Assembly: GCA_013265495.1 (NCBI GenBank)
Contig: MU057597.1
Location: 622,207 to 686,206, forward strand
DNA length: 64,000 bases
Source: Vicugna vicugna
Taxonomy: Eukaryota
Reading direction: 5' to 3'
The position numbers and the translations under genes are program-made. Positions 63,520 through 64,000 of the stretch are shown here, piece after piece. Position 1 is the stretch's first letter, and every line of letters begins with the position of its first letter. Below the pieces are notes generated by a model, which saw only the letters and a list, made by a program, of their open reading frames with translations, did no database searches and was not told where the DNA came from.

Positions 63520-64000
63520 CATCACTACATCAGCATGTCCCCTTGAAATGTGATGAAAATGGCATTTATGTGTGCGGACTTCCTCCCCAAAACCCATGAC
63601 CCAGTCTTATCACAAGAAAAACAAGAGACCCATCCCAGCTGAGGCACATGCTATGAAATACCTGACCAGAATGTCTCAAAGCCGTCCAGGGTATCCACAA
63701 TAAGGCATAGCTCAGTGGTAGAGTATGTGCTTAGCATGGGGACCTGGGTTCAATCCCCAGATCCTCCATTAAATAAATAAACAAACCTAACTTACCCTAC
63801 ACAAAAAAGAATTCAATTTTTAAAAAATGTTTGAAAAATAGAGAAACTTAAAAATATATATAAGGAAAGTCTGAGAAACCATCACGGCTGAACAGAGCCC
63901 GAGAAAACATGACAAGTACATGTAATGTGGTGTCCTGGATAGGAACCTGGAATAGATTAAAAAAAAACAAAACTAAGGAAATCTGAATAAACTATGGGTT
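63520..64000 (+). mobile_element. Old L1M 3' region with nested Vic-1-like SINE (~63704-63860)
   Basis: aaaacccatgacccagtc...taaggaaagtctgagaaacc...gtcctggataggaacctggaa; SINE gcatagctcagtggtagag. Confidence 0.7.

Overview
Mammalian genomic DNA, most likely camelid, inferred from about 20 copies of a tRNA-derived Vic-1-type SINE. It is repeat-rich (L1, MaLR/ERV1 LTRs, hAT MERs, MIR) and has a 418-N gap flanked by a false duplication. Three spliced genes could be assembled by hand with GT-AG introns and intact frames. (1) ZNF331 (+): KRAB-A plus 12 C2H2 fingers, 490 aa, with a CpG-island promoter carrying duplicated ZNF143-type motifs. (2) An 11-coding-exon SLC7A3/CAT3-like transporter (-), 627 aa. 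(3) The totipotent-stage homeobox gene DPRX (+), 3 exons, 189 aa, head-to-head with the transporter. About 8.5 kb past DPRX, a frameshifted olfactory-receptor pseudogene has become a strong CpG island. From memory, this order matches human 19q13.42 (ZNF331 - SLC7A3 pseudogene - DPRX - C19MC - miR-371-373); no miRNA hairpins were found here. The main leads are the intact CAT3-like paralog with a binding-pocket Ser->Ala change paired with DPRX, the GC-converted OR pseudogene near where the human imprinted C19MC promoter island lies, and a twice-present composite retroposon-like element. Repeat family names are recognitions by eye and their boundaries are approximate.
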